The notes under the pieces were generated by a model. It was given only the letters and a program-made list of their open reading frames with translations, ran no database searches and was not told the origin of the DNA. From positions 960,001-1,024,000 of the forward strand of contig CAXXDQ010000003.1 in assembly GCA_963664325.2 (NCBI GenBank): DNA of 64,000 bases, in the 5' to 3' direction. The stretch is from Desulfomonilia bacterium. GTDB taxonomy: Bacteria > Desulfobacterota > Desulfomonilia > UBA1062. Of the stretch, positions 18,591 through 29,000 are shown piece by piece (position 1 is the stretch's first letter; the number at the start of each line of letters is the position of its first letter). A program made the position numbers and the translations under genes.

Positions 18591-20615
18591 CTACACGATG
18601 CCAAGGCCTGTCAATATCATGTCTATGAGCTTGATGCCGGGAAACGGGGCTATTATGCCGCCCAGGCCGTATATCATCAGGTTCCTCTTGAGCAGACTGG
18701 CGGCGCCTGCCGGCCTGAACCTTACCCCGCGCAAAGCCAGCGGTATGAGGGCGATTATAATGAGCGCATTGAAAACGACCGCGCTCAGTATGGCGCTCTC
18801 GGGGGAGTTCAGACGCATGACGTTGAGCGGGGCTACTACCGGGAATACATTCACGAGCATGGCCGGTATGATGGCGAAATATTTTGCGGCGTCGTTTGCA
18901 ATGCTGAAGGTGGTCAGAGCCCCCCTTGTGATGAGCATCTGCTTGCCTGTCTCGACAATCTCGATGAGCTTTGTGGGGTTCGAGTCCAGGTCTATCATGT
19001 TGCCGGCCTCCTTGGCCGCCTGCGTTCCAGTATTCATTGCCACGCCCACATCGGCCTGGGCAAGGGCCGGAGCGTCGTTCGTCCCGTCGCCGGTCATGGC
19101 GACCATATGCCCTGCCGCCTGCTCCCTCCTGATAAGGGACAGTTTGTCTTCGGGCCTCGCCTCGGCCACAAAGTCGTCAACCCCCGCTTCATTGGCGATC
19201 GCCGAGGCCGTGAGCGGATTATCCCCTGTGATCATGACCGTCTTTATGCCCATTTTACGGAAAAGTTCGAACCGGTCCCTGAGACCTCCCTTGACAATAT
19301 CCTTCAGGTGTATGGCTCCCAGCACACGCTTGTTTTCCGCAACGACAAGCGGCGTGCCTCCCGAGCCAGCTATTGACTCGACAGAGAGCCCAACCTCTTT
19401 GGGAAGGGTGCTGCCGGTGAAATTTTTTATGACGTCGGCGGAGCCTTTTCGGATGCTTTTGCCGTCGATATCGACGCCGCTCATGCGGGTCTGCGCCGTG
19501 AAATTCATGAATACGGCATGCGGCATCTCAGTTATTGAGCGGCCCCTCAGCCCGTACTCTTTGGCGAGAATCACTATGCTCCGGCCCTCCGGGGTTTCGT
19601 CAGCCAGCGAAGAGAGCTGGGCGGCGCTTGCAAGTTCTTCCACACTTACCCCGTTCGCCGGAATGAACCCGGTGGCCTGCCGGTCGCCCAGGGTTATCGT
19701 GCCGGTCTTGTCCAGCAGCAGCACATCGACATCGCCTGCGGCTTCAACCGCGCGGCCGCTCATTGCAAGCACATTCTTCTGCACCATCCGGTCAATGCCG
19801 GCAATGCCGACGGCGCTTAAAAGCCCGCCTATCGTTGTGGGAATGAGGCAGACCAGCAGCGCAGCCAGCACGGTTATCGACAGGTTGACTCCCGAATAGA
19901 TTCCGAAGAATTTCAAGCTTATGATAACCACGAGAAATATGATCGTGAGCGCCGACAGGAGTATGGTCAGCGCTATTTCGTTGGGAGTCTTCTGCCTTTT
20001 GGCGCCTTCGACCAGAGATATCATGTGATCGAGAAAACTTTCTCCCGGGTTTGTTGAAACCTTTACGATTATGAAATCGGTCAGCACCTTTGTGCCGCCC
20101 ACTACCGAACTTCTGTCGCCGCCCGCTTCCCTTACCACCGGGGCGGACTCGCCGGTTATGGCCGATTCGTCCACCATGGCCACACCCTCGATTATCTCGC
20201 CGTCGGCCGGGATGATTTCGCCGGCCGAGACCATTACGATGTCGCTTTTCCTCAATACGTCGGAAACGACCCTTTCGCTCGAACCGTCCTGCCTCAGGCG
20301 GTTGGCATATGTTTGTCTCCGTGTCTTTCTCAGGTTGTCGGCCTGGGCCTTGCCCCTGCCTTCGGCCAGGGCCTCTGCGAAGTTGGCGAAGAGGACCGTG
20401 AACCACAGCCAGATAGCTATCTGCAGGTTGAATCCTGTATTCCCTCCCTCCGGCTTTATGAAAAGCTCGATCGTTGAAACGGCGGCTCCGACTTCGGTGA
20501 CGAAAATGACCGGATTTTTCAGAAGGTTTATCGGACTGAGCTTTTTTACCGACTCCCGCATCGCAGGGAATATTATCTCCTTTTCGATGAGGGTGCTTTT
20601 TTTCGTGGCCGGCAT
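18591..20615 (-). CDS. kdpB: K+-transporting ATPase subunit B
   Basis: DKTGT phosphorylation site, [26 protein letters not shown]. Confidence 0.97.
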   Translation of the reverse strand: MPATKKSTLIEKEIIFPAMRESVKKLSPINLLKNPVIFVTEVGAAVSTIELFIKPEGGNTGFNLQIAIWLWFTVLFANFAEALAEGRGKAQADNLRKTRRQTYANRLRQDGSSERVVSDVLRKSDIVMVSAGEIIPADGEIIEGVAMVDESAITGESAPVVREAGGDRSSVVGGTKVLTDFIIVKVSTNPGESFLDHMISLVEGAKRQKTPNEIALTILLSALTIIFLVVIISLKFFGIYSGVNLSITVLAALLVCLIPTTIGGLLSAVGIAGIDRMVQKNVLAMSGRAVEAAGDVDVLLLDKTGTITLGDRQATGFIPANGVSVEELASAAQLSSLADETPEGRSIVILAKEYGLRGRSITEMPHAVFMNFTAQTRMSGVDIDGKSIRKGSADVIKNFTGSTLPKEVGLSVESIAGSGGTPLVVAENKRVLGAIHLKDIVKGGLRDRFELFRKMGIKTVMITGDNPLTASAIANEAGVDDFVAEARPEDKLSLIRREQAAGHMVAMTGDGTNDAPALAQADVGVAMNTGTQAAKEAGNMIDLDSNPTKLIEIVETGKQMLITRGALTTFSIANDAAKYFAIIPAMLVNVFPVVAPLNVMRLNSPESAILSAVVFNALIIIALIPLALRGVRFRPAGAASLLKRNLMIYGLGGIIAPFPGIKLIDMILTGLGIV

Positions 20616-20625
20616 ATATATCCTC

Positions 20626-22356
20626 CTAGAATAGTGCGCCTGACTTCAGCATGAGCAGGTGCTCGACAACAGGTCCGATAGAGAGCGCGGGGAAAAAAGT
20701 GAGCGCACCCACGATGAGGATGACTCCCGCCAGCATTGAAGCAAACAGGAGGCCTTCGACAGGGAACGTCCCTGAACTTTCCGTTGAGCGCTTTTTTCCT
20801 GCCAGGTTCCCTGCAAGCGCCAGAACCGGAGCGATCATGAGAAAACGGCCGGCGAGCATGGCAATGCCTAGCGTGATGTTATAGAAGGGCGTATTGGCGT
20901 TCAGCCCGGCAAAGGCGCTGCCGTTGTTACCGGCGGCCGAAGAGAAGGCATAGAGCATCTCGGACAGGCCGTGGGGCCCTGAATTGCCAAGGCCTGCCAG
21001 CCCTGATCTGCTGACGGCCGCCCAGGCCGTGAACCCGAGGATTGTCAGCACGGGAACCATGATGTAAAGGACGCCGGCCTTGATGTCGTAGGCCTCGATC
21101 TTCTTGCCCAGATACTCAGGTGTGCGTCCTATCATAAGGCCTGCAATAAATACTGTCATGACTACAAAGATCAGCATGCCGTAAAGCCCGGACCCGACGC
21201 CACCGAAGATCAATTCGCCAAGCTGGATATTGAGCATCGGCACGAATCCGCCGAGCGGGGTATATGAATCCAGCATGGAATTCACGGCCCCGCAGGATGC
21301 GTCCGTCGTAACGGCCGTGAACAGGGCTGAGCCTGCAATGCCGAACCTGGTTTCCTTGCCCTCCATGTTGCCTCCTAAAGGGTCTATGCCGAGCGTCGCA
21401 TAAGACGGGTTGCCCTGGATTTCCGCATGCCAGCACACGATCATAAGGCTTAAGAAAATCGCCAGCATGACCCCGAAGAGCGTCCATCCATGGCGGCTGT
21501 TTTTTGCAACGCATCCGAAATAATAGGTAAGGCCTGCAGGGATCAGGAATATTGAAAGCATCTGGACGAAATTGGTCAGGGGCGTAGGGTTTTCAAAGGG
21601 ATGGGCGGAGTTGGCGTTAAAGAAGCCGCCGCCGTTTGTCCCGAGCATTTTTATCGCCTCCTGCGAGGCGACGGGACCCTGTGCTATCGTTTGCGTATTC
21701 GCCGTGCCGGGTTCGAGCAGGTGCGCGATATCATAAGGTCTGAAATTATCTATCACACCCTGCGACACCAGGAACACGGCATAAACAAGGCAGGCCGGGA
21801 TGAGCAGGTAGAGGTTTATTCTGATTATGTCCGTCCAGAAATTTCCGACCGTTCTGGCCTTGCTGGCCGCAATACCCCTTGCAAGTGCGGCGGCAACGGC
21901 TATACCGGCTGCGGCCGAAACAAAGTTCTGAAAGGTAAGGGCCGTCATCTGCGAAAGGTATGACATTGTCGTTTCGCCCGCATAGCTCTGCCAGTTCGTG
22001 TTTGATGTGAAACTGGCAGCGGTGTTGAACGCAAGGTCCGTGCTCAATGATGGGAACCTCTGCGGATTGAGAGGCAGGATATCCTGGAGCTTCAGTATCG
22101 TGAAGGTCATAATAAAACCGGCCAGGCTGAATATGAGAAGGGAGGCGAGATAGCCTTTCCATGACTGGCCCTTTAACGGGTCAACCCCTGCAATCCTGTA
22201 AATAAGCCTTTCAACAGGCTTGAACAGGCGGTCAAGAAAGGTCTTGCCGGAAGGGTCAAGCACCGCCGTGAGATAGATGCCGGCCGGTTTCGTGAGCAGG
22301 AACAATATCAGGACGAAGAGGAGAATCTGAATCGAACTGTGAGCATCGTTTAACAT
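20626..22356 (-). CDS. kdpA: K+-transporting ATPase subunit A
   Basis: [43 protein letters not shown]. Confidence 0.97.
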   Translation of the reverse strand: MLNDAHSSIQILLFVLILFLLTKPAGIYLTAVLDPSGKTFLDRLFKPVERLIYRIAGVDPLKGQSWKGYLASLLIFSLAGFIMTFTILKLQDILPLNPQRFPSLSTDLAFNTAASFTSNTNWQSYAGETTMSYLSQMTALTFQNFVSAAAGIAVAAALARGIAASKARTVGNFWTDIIRINLYLLIPACLVYAVFLVSQGVIDNFRPYDIAHLLEPGTANTQTIAQGPVASQEAIKMLGTNGGGFFNANSAHPFENPTPLTNFVQMLSIFLIPAGLTYYFGCVAKNSRHGWTLFGVMLAIFLSLMIVCWHAEIQGNPSYATLGIDPLGGNMEGKETRFGIAGSALFTAVTTDASCGAVNSMLDSYTPLGGFVPMLNIQLGELIFGGVGSGLYGMLIFVVMTVFIAGLMIGRTPEYLGKKIEAYDIKAGVLYIMVPVLTILGFTAWAAVSRSGLAGLGNSGPHGLSEMLYAFSSAAGNNGSAFAGLNANTPFYNITLGIAMLAGRFLMIAPVLALAGNLAGKKRSTESSGTFPVEGLLFASMLAGVILIVGALTFFPALSIGPVVEHLLMLKSGALF

Positions 22357-22370
22357 ATATGTCCGCCGCC

Positions 22371-22454
22371 TTAAAATTTTTCCGGGTTGGTAATGCTCAG
22401 AAAGAGATAGGCGATCAGCACCAGCGCTACGATAAGGATTATTCCTTCAAACAT
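22371..22454 (-). CDS. kdpF: KdpF small membrane subunit (not in ORF track)
   Basis: Hand translation MFEGIILIVALVLIAYLFLSITNPEKF*: hydrophobic helix ending in YL...PEKF, directly upstream of kdpA. Confidence 0.9.
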   Translation of the reverse strand: MFEGIILIVALVLIAYLFLSITNPEKF

Positions 22455-22457
22455 GCC

Positions 22458-24299
22458 TTACACCCGGCCCCGGCTTTCCTGCTTTTCGGCTATGGGTAAG
22501 GAGAAGGTGAATACGCTGCCTTCCCCTTCGGCGCTTTCCGCTTTGACGGTGCCTCCGTGAGCCTCGACGATCTCCTTTACTATCGCAAGCCCCAGGCCTG
22601 TTCCGGGCTCGTTTTCCTGCCTCGGCACACGGAAAAAGCGGTTGAATATCTCCGGGATATACTGCGCGGGGATGCCTGAACCCGTGTCAGTTACGATAAA
22701 CCATACGTGATCGAACAGCGTCTCTGCATGAAGAGTTATATTTCCTCCGGAAGGCGTGTATTTCAGGGCATTGGAGATCAGGTTCGCAAAGACGTGATCG
22801 ATCTGCGACGCATCGGCCATGACATCGGGCAGATCATCGGGTATATCGGTAACGAGTTCAACCCCCTTGTCGCGCGCCGCGCTGTTGAAGCGTTTGGCGG
22901 AGTCCGCCATCATCTTGGACGGTGAAACCCATTCAACCTTAAGGACGGTACTGCCAGACTCCAGCCTGCTTATATCGAGAAGGTTCTCGATAATATCATT
23001 AAGCCTGTCGCTTTCCTCACGCGCCGTCACCAGCAGGTCGGCCTGCCCGGTGGTCAGCGGACCCTGCCTTTCATTCAACAGTATGTAAATCGCCATGCGC
23101 AATGACGTCAGCGGCGTCTTCAGCTGGTGGGAAACCGCCGATATGAGGTCTGTCCTGAGTTCGTCGTGTTCAATCCGTCCGGTTATGTCGTTTGCTATAA
23201 GTATTGCGCCTGTGGTCTGTTTGAAATTATCCAGTATGGGTACAACCATCGGCTGGAAGTAATATTCCTTTGCATTATCGAAATGCTGAACGACATTTAT
23301 GCCCTTTTGAAAAGCCTCCTGACCGGGCCGCTTTGTAACTGAACTGACAACATCTCCCATCCATTTGTACGGCAGGTCATGGATATTGACGTTTTCATTC
23401 AGGCCGAATATCTCCCTTGCGGGCTTCGAGGACATCTCGACCACGCCGTCATTGTCAAGGATGGCCACGACATCAGGCAGGCTGTCAAATGTCTGCTGCG
23501 CAGACTGTTTAAGCCTTATCATCTTGACCTCATCGCTGCGCCTGAAATCTCTCAGGCTTGCGGCCATTTCGTTAAAGGCCTCAGAAAGCCGCCCTATCTC
23601 GTCTCTTGAGCCGGCTGAGATTACGAGGTCCAGGTTGCCCTTCCTTATCTCATCAACCGAAGAGGTGAGCCTCATTATCGGTTCGAGTATCCACCGGCCT
23701 ATCAGAAAGGAGTAGACAGCCGTTATTGCGGCGCCGATGAGGAGAAACACGTACATCATCGTGCGTGAGGCCACCGCCTTGTGCTTTGCGTTTGCATCAG
23801 CCTGATGCATGTTCTGCTGATTCATCGTCAGGATTTCGTCCGCCGTATTCCTGATCAGGTTTACGAGCGGAAGAGAGTCGTGAAAATAGATTTTCTCTGC
23901 TTCTTCCTTTTTTACAGTGCCCGTGTTGATGCTGTTGATTATGGTCATGTAGCTTCTGAAAAGGCTCTTGATCTTCATCGCGGACTCATGTTCGCCCGGG
24001 AGCGTTATATTGTTAAGTTCCACGTCCAGGGCTTTTTCAAAGAGTGCGGAGTTTCTTTGAATGGCGCCTGAGCCTTTTTCAGGATAGCCGAGGATCATAT
24101 ACATTTCACCGTCGTCAATTCTTTCCACCGCCTCCTTCATTTCCTGGCACGCGCGGACGCTCCTGTAGTTCTCTTTCATTATAGAGCCTATTGCGCCGCC
24201 CAGAGAAGTAATCTGTATGATGCTGATTGTCCCGATGACTGCGGTAATGAGCAGAAGCCCCGATAATCCTATCAGCATTTTTTGCTTCAGACTGAGCAT
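22458..24299 (-). CDS. Membrane sensor histidine kinase (periplasmic helical sensor, HAMP, PAS, HisKA, HATPase), KinB-like
   Basis: Two TMs, DEIGRLSEAFNEM HAMP, SHQLKTPLT H-box, NLISNALKY, DTGSGI, GTGLGL. Confidence 0.9.
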   Translation of the reverse strand: MLSLKQKMLIGLSGLLLITAVIGTISIIQITSLGGAIGSIMKENYRSVRACQEMKEAVERIDDGEMYMILGYPEKGSGAIQRNSALFEKALDVELNNITLPGEHESAMKIKSLFRSYMTIINSINTGTVKKEEAEKIYFHDSLPLVNLIRNTADEILTMNQQNMHQADANAKHKAVASRTMMYVFLLIGAAITAVYSFLIGRWILEPIMRLTSSVDEIRKGNLDLVISAGSRDEIGRLSEAFNEMAASLRDFRRSDEVKMIRLKQSAQQTFDSLPDVVAILDNDGVVEMSSKPAREIFGLNENVNIHDLPYKWMGDVVSSVTKRPGQEAFQKGINVVQHFDNAKEYYFQPMVVPILDNFKQTTGAILIANDITGRIEHDELRTDLISAVSHQLKTPLTSLRMAIYILLNERQGPLTTGQADLLVTAREESDRLNDIIENLLDISRLESGSTVLKVEWVSPSKMMADSAKRFNSAARDKGVELVTDIPDDLPDVMADASQIDHVFANLISNALKYTPSGGNITLHAETLFDHVWFIVTDTGSGIPAQYIPEIFNRFFRVPRQENEPGTGLGLAIVKEIVEAHGGTVKAESAEGEGSVFTFSLPIAEKQESRGRV

Positions 24300-24327
24300 G
24301 TACGGCCACTCCTTTCAAAAACAACAA

Positions 24328-24343
24328 AGCAATCGCCGTGCCA
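24328..24343 (-). promoter_or_regulatory. Sigma-54 (-24/-12) promoter of the kinase-kdpFABC-kdpD operon
   Basis: Minus strand TGGCACggcgaTTGCT matches TGGCAC-N5-TTGC(A/T), about 30 nt upstream of the kinase ATG with an AAGGAG RBS. Confidence 0.8.
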
Positions 24344-24395
24344 GTGCATGGACTCCATAATTACAATAAGTTGGAAAGATTGACATTGAAAAGGT

Positions 24396-24442
24396 ATTGC
24401 ATAAAGCAAGATCGGGCTCCGGGCCGAATTGCAAAATGCAAG
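24396..24442. promoter_or_regulatory. Two imperfect palindromes, candidate enhancer (UAS) sites
   Basis: aTTGCataaaGCAAg (24396-24410) and aTTGCAaaaTGCAAg (24428-24442), 32 bp apart, upstream of the sigma-54 promoter. Confidence 0.55.
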
Positions 24443-24483
24443 GCGCTGCAGCGATCTTCGGCAAAGGCTAAACGGCAGTAAGC

Positions 24484-25827
24484 CTAGATGTTATACCGCT
24501 TTCGCTTGCGCCAGAGCGTGGCCTGGTCGACGCCCAGGATATCGGAGGCCTCCTGCAGGGACCTGGCGGATGAAAGGACGCTTCGTATATGCATCTCTTC
24601 GATCTTGTCCAGGGATACCCTGTCTCCGGGCCTTATCGTATTCCTTGCGCCCGTGAGCTTTTCCGGCAGATATTCGATCCCCACGGTCTCTGACTTGCAC
24701 AGGATGGAAGCCCTTTCCACGGCATTTCTCAATTCCCTGATATTGCCCGGCCACGAGTATCTTTCGAGCGCTTCGAGCGCTTCGTCCGAGAAATACTGAG
24801 AGGAGCGGTGGTTGTTCCGGGCAAAGAATGCAAGCAGCCTTGAGGCGATGGGCGCGATATCCTCGACGCGCTCCCTCAAGGGCGGCAACTCTATCTGGAT
24901 GACGTTCAGCCTGTAAAAAAGGTCCTCCCTGAAACGCCGCTCTTTCACCGCCAGCTCAAGGTCGGCATTGGTCGCCGTGACAAGCCTGATGTCCGCTTTT
25001 TTAGTGATGTTCTCCCCGAGCCTTTCATAAGACTTTTCCTGGATGAACCTCAGGAGCTTGGGCTGGATTGAAGCCGGGAGATCGCCGATTTCGTCAAGGA
25101 AGAGCGTTCCGCCCTCGCAGGCGGCGATGCGGCCCGGCGTGTCTTTTACCGCACCGGTGAAAGATCCCCTTAAATGGCCGAAAAGCTCGCTCTCGATAAG
25201 TTCAGCCGACAGGCTGGGGCAGGATATCTCGGCGAACGGCCTGCCGGCCCTCGGGCTCATGGAATGGATGGCCCGGGCCAATACGCTCTTGCCTGAGCCG
25301 TTCTCGCCTGTCAGGAGCACGGTCGAGTCCGTCCCTGCAACCTGTTTTGCGGTCTCGATCGTCTTCAGCATGACCGGACTTTCTGAGAACAAGTCCAGTT
25401 CCGGGCTCAACTTCCCCAGGTCTTTTTTCAGGCCTTCTATGCGCTGTTCGAGCGTGCGCAGGTTGGCGATCTTATCCACGGCCAGTTTTACCTGGGCCGG
25501 CGTGAACGGCTTTGGTATGTAGTCGGCTGCGCCCCGCCTGATGGCCTCGACGGCGGTGTCGATTGAGGCATAGGCGGTTATCACCACTATCTTGAGCCAG
25601 GGCGAGGCCGCAAGCAGTGCAGGGATGAGGTCCAGGCCAGAGTCAGTACCGAGTCTCAGGTCCACAAACGCCATGTCGAACGCCTGCGTCTGATTTGCGC
25701 TCAGCGCGTCATCGAAACCGCCTGATGACCTGACCTTGTGCCCCTCGCTTTCCAGGAACAGGGTAAGAGTCTTGCGGATGTTCTGTTCGTCATCGACTAT
25801 GAGAATGTTGAGGGTGGGTTCGGGCAT
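24484..25827 (-). CDS. Sigma-54-dependent response regulator (REC-AAA+-Fis HTH), AlgB-like
   Basis: IVDDE...VDLRLG REC; GENGSGKS Walker A; ESELFGH.RGSFTGA; FLDEIG; FREDLFYRL; WPGNIRELRN; TLWRK HTH. Confidence 0.9.
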   Translation of the reverse strand: MPEPTLNILIVDDEQNIRKTLTLFLESEGHKVRSSGGFDDALSANQTQAFDMAFVDLRLGTDSGLDLIPALLAASPWLKIVVITAYASIDTAVEAIRRGAADYIPKPFTPAQVKLAVDKIANLRTLEQRIEGLKKDLGKLSPELDLFSESPVMLKTIETAKQVAGTDSTVLLTGENGSGKSVLARAIHSMSPRAGRPFAEISCPSLSAELIESELFGHLRGSFTGAVKDTPGRIAACEGGTLFLDEIGDLPASIQPKLLRFIQEKSYERLGENITKKADIRLVTATNADLELAVKERRFREDLFYRLNVIQIELPPLRERVEDIAPIASRLLAFFARNNHRSSQYFSDEALEALERYSWPGNIRELRNAVERASILCKSETVGIEYLPEKLTGARNTIRPGDRVSLDKIEEMHIRSVLSSARSLQEASDILGVDQATLWRKRKRYNI

Positions 25828-25894
25828 ATATATAAAACGGCATATTCCTTTTTGTGGCAGCATTCAATGTCATTGTTGCTTAGAGATCGTGGAG

Positions 25895-26032
25895 GGCCTC
25901 GGTCTTTTCGCGCCTTGCTTTGTCGCGCTGCGGGCTGTGACGCTCCGACGTACGTCAATGTACGCCTGCGCGCCTCAACCCTTGCTCTTCGCGCAATCCA
26001 TCGAAAATTCCATCGGCCATAACTAGTTAACT
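25895..26032. repeat. GC-rich self-complementary intergenic element (REP/MITE-like) at the island boundary
   Basis: Palindrome gacgtacgtc (25947-25956), repeated ccttgct, ttttcg...cgaaaa flanks; abrupt switch to AT-rich sequence at about 26020. Confidence 0.35.
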
Positions 26033-29000
26033 TATAGAAATACCAAGATCATGAAAGAAAGAGTCTTAAAAGCATTTCATATAAATGGAAGAATTTGCCC
26101 TCTGTCATATTTCAGAGTTAAGAAATGATCGTTTAACTCTTTTTCATTATCTTTGATTGCACTTTCAATTTGATCATTATTCGTAAGTCGAAATTTTATC
26201 CGATTCTCATTTATCCGAACATCTTCTTGAACTCTTTTATCAATTTCATCCATCCAGAGGAAGCACCTTCTATCTACTGATTTTAGGAATAGCTGAAAAC
26301 AGGCGAAAGCTTCGTCATTATCGGAGACAATCAAGAAGCGATTATACCAATGTCTGGCCCATTGATTTCTGTAATGATAATATTTTATTTGTGGAAGTAA
26401 TTTTTCTACCCATGTGCCATCAAGATCAGAAGATTTTACAAAGCTGTCAATTCCAAATTCGATGTCAGCAAGAGAAATAAGCATAAGACCTTTTGCTCGA
26501 ATCCATAATTGCGGTTTGCCAATTAAATCATGCGTAATTTCCATTATCCACGATTGTTGCCTGTATGCGCAAGCAGCATTTGCTAGTTCTAAAAGTTCAA
26601 TATCGCTATAGCTGTTTTCAATCATTTCAACTGCAGCATTACGTGCATCTAAAAAATGTATCGCTGAGAAGGGTAGATAAGTCATCCAATCAGTTCCTAT
26701 ATGCTTATTATTGAAGTTTACTCGATGTGGATTTTCACGGATTTTTTTCCAAAGAATAAAGCTTAAAGGATGTTCGATTTTAACCAGAGCTGAGCATAAA
26801 GATTGATAAAAGCCATTGCATCTAAAAAGGAGGTCATTCTTTGAAGATCCTTCTAATACTTTGTTAATCCATTTTTCAACCATTTGAGGATTATCTCTGT
26901 AGACACAGACCAAAACGTCTGTGCTTAATTGACAATATCGTAATTGTGTTCCGTCTTTTTGCATTAAGGCTTCAATTTGCCTTTGGAAAGCTTGCTGCCG
27001 AGAAGTAAAATCTTCAGGGGATTCATGAAATAAATGTTTATGGATTTCAATTTTCTCTTCTTGTTTATTGCTGCGCCAAGACAGAAAGGGAGAGATTATG
27101 CGAATTGCACGATTATATGAAGGTTCTTTGTAGTAAACAAAGGTTGCCCCTGTCTTTTGATAGCTTTCCACTTGTGGAGATGTAAAGGTATTATCATCCT
27201 TGTTTTCTTGCTGCGATACATGTTGCCATACTGAATCGAGAAGATTGGCAAAAAGTTGAACATCATCGGGACGGCATGAATTATTATAAATAACCTTACT
27301 AATCCATTTAAGTGGAAGATATTTGATCAGTGTATGAAGAGACAGGTCATTAACATATCTGCAATAGATGTTTGCAATCCAAGCGTCAATTCTACTTGTT
27401 TCTGGTTTTAATAGCTCAGAATCTTTTTGAATAATATGATCAATAAGGTATCGGTCACCAGATGACCATACAAATTTAATCGTGCAATATTTAAGGGTAG
27501 TGTTGTTGCTCTCCATCCATTCAATCAGCTTTTGCCTATGGTCGTTTGAAAGAATAGGTTTTGAATCACATAGTAACCATAAGATCCTGTACTGAGAGAT
27601 GGGAGAAGATTCTGTTAGAAGTCTTTCAAGATAATCACAAGTGATTTTTTCTGGCAAAGGTTGGAACCATGTCTCAAGTGATTCTAAATCAAGAACTTTA
27701 TCTGGCCTGTTCAAGATGAATTCTGCGATTTCATCAACATTCAAATGCATTATACGTGCAAGTGTTCCGCGAGACACTGCATATACTTTTCGGTCAGTAT
27801 ATCCACCATCGGCATGTTTTGGCCATATGCAAGCTTTTGAATAGTATGTACCCAAGATATTGTCGAGAATTTCAAGCTCTGGTTCATGAAGAACAATCCC
27901 CATCTTGGGAAGAAAGATTAAGAGTTGGTTTACACCCTCTTCATTCCTTTTATCCAAGGTATGTACAGCCCTTCGTATTATCTCGCCTAATTTTTGAAAA
28001 GTAAAACGTGCCAGGACAGGCATAAAAGTATCAATTATATGATCATCATGCGTATGGTCTAAGGATGCACGATATTCCTCAACGGGAAGTGATTGAGTTT
28101 CTTCGCATAATCGTATGATAAAACTTTCAGGCGCTACAATATCCGGATCAGCAAGGTATTTATCTAACTTCATTACAATATGCCATAGCTTTAAATCATC
28201 TCTTGCCATGCATGGTTTATAGTCTTCGCGAGAAGATAAGGCAAAAATACTGGCGTATGGATCTTTTTCATATTCGATTTGAAATTCTGATGCTGGATAA
28301 AGATCATGAAGATATCTTTCAAGCAGTTCATTTGCAGAGCGATTACCGATGCAATTTGAGAGAAGGTGAGCTGCTTCTTTAAGTGTTTCATTATCGGACA
28401 TTGCCATTTGTGTTAGATTCAGTTCAAATTCATGCCAAATGTCTTCTTCTGTAAGACGTAGAATCCATGATGCTTCCTCAAACTCTGAATGTCTCCCCAT
28501 CAGACGCCTAGAAATGGCCCATTGTAAGAAAGACTCAATAAAGGAAATTCTATCACCAGCAGATATAATTAACATTGCGAATCTAGCCATGCGCAACATG
28601 TTATCGTCTTCAGTAATAAAAAAATGGCGACCTTGAAATTCAACTTTGTCACCAGTAGTAACCTCGCGGCCTAATCGTCTGAATAATTTCTGTCTGAGCT
28701 CGATGGTATTCGCTTCTTTTAATGATCGGTCAAAAGGGTGCCCGTTGATATTAATGTAGCTCATCCATCGTTTGCAGGCATCAATTAATACTGGTTTAAC
28801 CTTTAAATCATCCCGGTGTTTGAGAAAGGCCATCGCTAATCTCTCTTGAGCTAGACCATTGTCTTGCAGATTGCTCCAAAAAAAATCGGCAACCTCTACG
28901 ATATCATTAATAGAATCAGGCAAGTAAGCACTTATTGCCCTTTCCTGTAAGTCCGTCATATTTCGCGAACCTATCCAAATTCGTAATAATGCTTGCCTAG

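Noticed and set aside
18505-19899. 464-aa + strand ORF and similar long antisense ORFs (2576-3643, 38858-39715, 60914-61822)
   Set aside because: Shadows of well-supported genes on the opposite strand, with no motifs of their own
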